A DNA stretch of 64,000 nt from an uncultured Gammaproteobacteria bacterium (GTDB lineage Bacteria; Patescibacteriota; Microgenomatia; Levybacterales; GWA1-39-11). The position numbers were made by a program, and so were the translations under genes. The stretch lies in NCBI GenBank assembly GCA_964511305.1, contig CAZEEU010000004.1, positions 4,093-68,092 on the forward strand, written 5' to 3'. Within the stretch, counting starts at the first letter, position 1; every line of letters begins with the position of its first letter. Under the pieces are notes generated by a model. That model saw only the letters and a program-made list of their open reading frames with translations, did not search any database and was not told the origin of the DNA. Of this stretch, positions 59,337 through 64,000 are shown piece after piece.

Positions 59337-60046
59337 TCAAGCATTTAGGTGAAAGAATTCTTCGCCACTTACAATACTAAAATCAGTAGCTGGAATTGTG
59401 CCGTCGATATACATATCGCTTAAATGTTCTGCCATGAAATCGTCACGAATTTCAAAGAGACTTCCTTCAAGGCTTAAATCGTCAATTTTTAGACTTGGTA
59501 CTCTCGATTTGAAATAATTAATGTCAGTGAGTAGTTGGTAAACATCGGGAAAGTTTTGTCGAAGGTGAGCAGCAAAATTGCCTGGGAGGAACCATTAACC
59601 ACCAGGAGAGCAGGTTTGTGGCGGGATTTAAATTCGACAATTCGTTGGTGAAGCGCGTCATAGGAAAGTGCCAAATCTCTTCGACTGTCTGGTATTATAT
59701 TGCGTCGATATTCATAAGGAAGAAGAGCTTCCTCTAAAAATTCAGGTCCATTAATTGCAAAATCTACTGCAGATGACACATCGTGAGAGATATGAACTCT
59801 TGGAGATGGTTGGTATTCAGCTTGAGGATTTCCACCCGTTACAACGCACACCTCTTTAAGTAACTCAAGGTCACTTTGGGTCCAAAAACGCAATTCTGGA
59901 TTTGAGCTTAGTCCATGCTTCATGATACTAGGAAGGAATTCCATCGATGTTCCATGGAAAAATGACATGGTTGCTATATGTTTTTCCCAAAATTGTTCTA
60001 TTTGTTGTTCTTCTGAAGCTCCATCAATAGAAATTGGTCGTTCCAT
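59337..60046 (-). pseudogene. ADP-ribosyltransferase-fold-like gene with a frameshift near 59580
   Basis: FFHGTS....SI..HGL and VHIS motifs; the alternative frame continues to DMYIDGTIPATDF...stop at 59337. Confidence 0.55.
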
Positions 60047-60137
60047 GTGGTTATTATATATCTAGTTTTAAATCCGAAAGAAGTATGTCTAGTTTCAAGC
60101 TTGACCTTAATATAGTTATTTGAAATACTGAATTCCT

Positions 60138-60902
60138 ATGGAAATAATAGATCCTACTCTGCCCGCAGCCCCTATTCAAGCTCCTTCAGCATTTTCTCCG
60201 CAACAATCTCAAGGAAATCGGAAAAAATATATAGTCATAGGTATTGGGATTACAGTGCTTATGCTGGTTATAGGTATTGGAAGTTATTTTTTGGGGATGA
60301 AAAACAGCCAAGCTTTCATAGCCGTTACGCCACAGAGTGATGCTCCCCCAGTTGTCGACCCATTACCTAGTAAAGTTCCAACGCCCACTACAAATCCAAC
60401 AGCAGGCTGGAGGACTTATTTGAATAAAGACTGGAATCTGACGATTAAATATCCTCCTCATCTATTTGAAAACAAAGGGGATGCATTTGTTATATTTTCT
60501 TTCGAGCCTGAACCTACTCAAGGATGGGGAATGTTGGAACCAGGCAGCCAGATTAGAATTTTAAAAATGAGTCATTTTGAAAATCCTGGTCAAAAATTTG
60601 ATGCATTATTTAAAGCAACTGTCGGGGCGGATGTGAAAGAAGCACAAGAAGGGGTAGATATAAAAGTTACTAAAATAAAAAACACAAAAATTGGGAATTA
60701 TGATGCAGTGGAGTATATTCATGATGGTATCACCCCTCCTAAAACGGATGGAAGAGGACCTGTGGGCTATTCACACATCGTTCTAGTTAAAATTAACAAT
60801 GATACTTATATAGAAGTAAAAAACACTTCGTATGTGGTACAAACAACTGTTAACAATGATGTGATTTTTAATCAGATGATATCAACACTACAAATTAAAT
60901 AA
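60138..60902 (+). CDS. Membrane-anchored PsbP-like protein
   Basis: TM, WRTYLN..WNLTIKYP and FNQMISTL motifs. Confidence 0.78.
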   Translation: MEIIDPTLPAAPIQAPSAFSPQQSQGNRKKYIVIGIGITVLMLVIGIGSYFLGMKNSQAFIAVTPQSDAPPVVDPLPSKVPTPTTNPTAGWRTYLNKDWNLTIKYPPHLFENKGDAFVIFSFEPEPTQGWGMLEPGSQIRILKMSHFENPGQKFDALFKATVGADVKEAQEGVDIKVTKIKNTKIGNYDAVEYIHDGITPPKTDGRGPVGYSHIVLVKINNDTYIEVKNTSYVVQTTVNNDVIFNQMISTLQIK

Positions 60903-60907
60903 TTCAT

Positions 60908-60950
60908 CAGTCCTCACTCTGCTGGGGAATTGGATCAAGCCCAGCAGAGT
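60908..60950. repeat. Degenerate boundary repeat forming a hairpin between convergent genes
   Basis: GTCCTCAC...TCAAGCCCAGCA; stem CTCTGCTGGG/CCCAGCAGAG. Confidence 0.55.
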
Positions 60951-60988
60951 TTTTGACCTCAAAACGAAATTTTATTCAGCCTCAAAAT

Positions 60989-61711
60989 TTATATAACCCC
61001 AGAGAGACTCGGACTTGTTTGTTCAAACCGAGCTCCTCTATGTGGATTACGATTATCAGGAGTGGTTCTTGGGTTTGTATGAACAGAACCTTCAGAATAC
61101 ATATCTGCTATGCATATTAGTCCTTCATTTGTTAGTGAACCAGCAAGCCTTGAACGTGTCCATTCATCGACTGGCCTAGAGCTATGATCAAAGTGTTGAC
61201 CTATTAAATCCTTGCTTGCGTAAGAAGCTAAAATATAGGTAATCAATCTTTGACCTTGATAGCCATACTCTGCTTGAATTTTTGCAATTTCCTCTTCATT
61301 GGTTCCTAAATTTGGCGATGAAATTGTTGCTTCCACCTTTACCCACCCAGAATTAGGAATTGTATCTTGATAGTAGTATGGTGGGGTTACAACGCTAGAT
61401 AGTTTAGGGAAAATCTTTCCCAAAAAACTATAGCCATCTTCTTTTGTAAATTTTTTGCCTACATACACCATCATGCCCTCAATAGGATTCCCATGAATGT
61501 CGAACATTGGAGATTGAATTTCTCGTTCGTTCCATGTACATTGACTTACTCGAATATCCCTTCTAGCTTTTCTTCCCTCGAAATCCATTTTTGCTTTCCA
61601 GTAAGCAGTAACAGTCTCAGGAGTAGGAGGACCACTCTTATAATTTTCAATTACTTTTAGCAAATTTTCAGGATAGGGAATTTCTGACTGTCCTCCGCGC
61701 TCATTTCTCAT
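60989..61711 (-). CDS. Hypothetical protein
   Basis: 240 aa; TATAAT just upstream. Confidence 0.7.
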   Translation of the reverse strand: MRNERGGQSEIPYPENLLKVIENYKSGPPTPETVTAYWKAKMDFEGRKARRDIRVSQCTWNEREIQSPMFDIHGNPIEGMMVYVGKKFTKEDGYSFLGKIFPKLSSVVTPPYYYQDTIPNSGWVKVEATISSPNLGTNEEEIAKIQAEYGYQGQRLITYILASYASKDLIGQHFDHSSRPVDEWTRSRLAGSLTNEGLICIADMYSEGSVHTNPRTTPDNRNPHRGARFEQTSPSLSGVI

Positions 61712-61765
61712 GGAGGCAATTATAGCAGAAAGTTCAGTCCAAACTGGCTGTGTAAATAGTAGTTG

Positions 61766-61790
61766 CTGACATATTCGCTTAAGCCCTGCA
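61766..61790 (+). repeat. Cassette-boundary repeat copy
   Basis: CTGACATATTCGCTTAAGCCCTGCA. Confidence 0.8.
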
Positions 61791-61865
61791 CCGTTTTTTA
61801 GGATCTCATATTTTTTTAAACTCCCCCTTGATTCCTATTCCTTACTTGATTTAGTATTTAGTTAA

Positions 61866-62579
61866 TTGAGCGAGGTACTTCAACTCATTGATGCCCGAGA
61901 AACTCTTGCACCGTCACAACGGATTTCTGATTTCCTGACTACTAATTTTTCTTTCGAAAACACCCCACACCCAAATTATCCAGAAGAAGTTCTTAATATG
62001 CTTGCAACACGTCCTGATAGACTGAATAACCCTAATTACGTAAACTTTTATCTTCGGGTTATGCAGATTGCTGCGGAATATGGATTTCCATCTGCCTCCG
62101 CACATTTAACAAAGCGGCTTCCTCGAGATCCGATGCATCCACTTACCCTTCTTGCTCTTGGGGGATATCTATCTGATGTAACTCTACAATCAACAATTCA
62201 ACGACAGGGAGCAGAGGATTATTGGAATAATCAAACAAAGGGACAATTAAGTCATGAGGAGCGGAGAAAAATTTGGGCGACTTGGATATCACCCTCAATG
62301 GGCACTGTAGAACTTCCTCAGCCAGTAGACTTTCTTGATCCAACACAAGTACGTCCTTGGGAGGCCAATCAAGGAACTAGACTAACCTATGGTCTACCGT
62401 TATATCAGCCAGATACAGAATTTCATTTCAGCCTAAGAGAAGTCGCCCCTAAAATGTCAGAAGTGGAATCAATGCAACGCGAAGGCTTTGATACAAAAAT
62501 GTTTGGAGTAGCAAGAACTTTTTATAGATATGGCATCAACACTCTACCCGTTTTTAATAACCCACAAGAATGGGCATGA
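61866..62579 (+). CDS. Hypothetical protein
   Basis: 237-aa ORF with a TTG start. Confidence 0.65.
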   Translation: MSEVLQLIDARETLAPSQRISDFLTTNFSFENTPHPNYPEEVLNMLATRPDRLNNPNYVNFYLRVMQIAAEYGFPSASAHLTKRLPRDPMHPLTLLALGGYLSDVTLQSTIQRQGAEDYWNNQTKGQLSHEERRKIWATWISPSMGTVELPQPVDFLDPTQVRPWEANQGTRLTYGLPLYQPDTEFHFSLREVAPKMSEVESMQREGFDTKMFGVARTFYRYGINTLPVFNNPQEWA

Positions 62580-62600
62580 GCCTTTGATATAATTCCGTTA

Positions 62601-63236
62601 ATGAATGACCAAAAACAATTGTGGAATGTTGCACATAAGGATGGAGAACTAAATCACTACTCGACTACTCCTACGGAATTTGCAGACGAAGTTCTTAAGA
62701 TAATTTCACCCTCTTCAAAAATCCTAGAGCTTGGTTGTGGTGTTGGAAATGATTCCGCGGCATTTGCTGCAAGTGGCCATCAAATAATAGCCACAGATTT
62801 CTCAGACGTTGCCATAAGAAAAAACTTTGAAAGATTCAAAGACATCCCAAATCTTTCTTTTAAAATACTAGACATAAGTCAACCTTTTACACTTTCAGAT
62901 GATGAATTTGATGTCGTATATGCCCGACTTTCTCTTCATTATTTTGCAAACGAAGTTACAAGAAAAATTTTTAGAGAAATTCATAGAATTCTCAGGCCAA
63001 AGGGTTACCTATGCTTTATATGTAAATCCGTTGATGACCCACTATTTGGAAAAGGAACCGAAATCGAAAAAGATATGTATGAATTTGAAGATCATATACG
63101 CCACTTTTTTAACGAAGAATATGCAATGTCACTTTTGAGAAATAATTTCAAAATTCAAAAAATTGAAAGCGGTGATGATAAATTTTATGGCAGAAATTCC
63201 GCATACGTAAAAGTGATTGCACTAGCCGTAAAGTAA
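62601..63236 (+). CDS. Class I SAM-dependent methyltransferase
   Basis: ILELGCGVG, DFS, FDVVY and LRPKG motifs. Confidence 0.92.
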   Translation: MNDQKQLWNVAHKDGELNHYSTTPTEFADEVLKIISPSSKILELGCGVGNDSAAFAASGHQIIATDFSDVAIRKNFERFKDIPNLSFKILDISQPFTLSDDEFDVVYARLSLHYFANEVTRKIFREIHRILRPKGYLCFICKSVDDPLFGKGTEIEKDMYEFEDHIRHFFNEEYAMSLLRNNFKIQKIESGDDKFYGRNSAYVKVIALAVK

Positions 63237-63303
63237 ATATGTCCTAACACCAGGCATATCTCACGCATATATAAAGCTCTGATATAATCAGCTGACTCAA
63301 CTT

Positions 63304-64000
63304 ATGGAAATTTTAATTGTTATTGCCCTTATTTTACTCAACGGTATTTTTGCGATGGCAGAGATCGCCATTATATCCGCACGAAAGGCAAAGCTTCAAC
63401 AGCGTGCAAACGATGGTAACAAAAATGCACAAGCAGCCCTAGATATAGCAAAATCCCCTAATAGATTCTTATCAACAGTTCAAATAGGTATTACTCTTGT
63501 AGGTATATTTGCCGGAGCATTTGGAGGTGCAACTATTGCAGAAACTCTCTCAACACAATTACAATCTGTACCATTCATTGCACCATATAGTGAAACCGTT
63601 GCGCTTGTTTTAGTTGTATCGGTCATCACATATCTTTCACTTATTATTGGCGAGTTAGTGCCAAAAAGGTTAGGGTTGTCTAATCCTGAAAAGATTGCAA
63701 TGCTTGTTGCTCGGCCAATGAATAATCTTTCAAGGGTAAGTGCCCCAATTGTTTGGTTGCTAAGTATTTCATCCGATTGGACTCTGAAATTATTCGGCAT
63801 AAAGGATGTGGCACCCTCAACTATTACTGATGAAGAGATAAAAATTTTGCTTCGGGAAGGAGCCCAAGTTGGCGCATTTGAAAAGGTAGAAACCGATATT
63901 GTGGAGCGCACAATGAGGCTCTCGGATAAAAAGGCTAAGTCACTTATGACACCGAAAAAAGATATTATTTGGCTTGACATTGACAGCCCATTCAAAACCA
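63304..64000 (+). CDS. HlyC/CorC (CNNM-CBS) family protein; 3'-partial
   Basis: LLNGIFAMAEIA, FLSTVQIGIT, GELVPK and MTP motifs. Confidence 0.93.
   Translation, partial: MEILIVIALILLNGIFAMAEIAIISARKAKLQQRANDGNKNAQAALDIAKSPNRFLSTVQIGITLVGIFAGAFGGATIAETLSTQLQSVPFIAPYSETVALVLVVSVITYLSLIIGELVPKRLGLSNPEKIAMLVARPMNNLSRVSAPIVWLLSISSDWTLKLFGIKDVAPSTITDEEIKILLREGAQVGAFEKVETDIVERTMRLSDKKAKSLMTPKKDIIWLDIDSPFKT

Larger units (their letters stand above)
56864..63251. mobile_element. tRNA-Trp-anchored cassette array without an integrase
   Basis: Repeats ending in GCCC(T/A)GCA at ~58599, 59201, 60908 and 61766; left half-copy at 63235. Confidence 0.6.

Noticed and set aside
58599-63251. Classical integron attC sites
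   Set aside because: The CCTAAC core is reminiscent, but there is no matching GTTRRRY end, no long attC palindrome and no intI gene

Overview
About 64 kb of a low-GC bacterial chromosome (roughly 30-40% in spot counts). Gene content and style suggest a CPR/Patescibacteria, Microgenomates-like organism (inference). The housekeeping backbone is def/fmt, rpmB, rplJL, dprA, mreCD-mrdA, dsbAB, truB, ndk, argS, galU, secE-nusG-rplK-rplA, pgk, fba, era, uppS and rnhB, interleaved with many ORFans. Main observations: (1) downstream of tRNA-Trp there is an integrase-less array of 1-2-gene cassettes, each bounded by a ~34-bp repeat ending in the tRNA 3' sequence GCCCTGCA; cargo includes RelA/SpoT-like, ART-like, APH-like, MBL and methyltransferase genes; (2) a tRNA-Arg(CCT) is nested between the complementary 5' and 3' halves of a second tRNA-like frame; (3) short local duplications of gene, tRNA or promoter ends recur, often broken at TA followed by an AGCnnAGCTT hairpin; (4) two GC-rich, Shine-Dalgarno-led micro-islands sit among mostly leaderless-looking genes; (5) an ATP-grasp/GNAT/M20/racemase/MFS cluster. 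All product calls come from reading motifs by eye, not from database searches.
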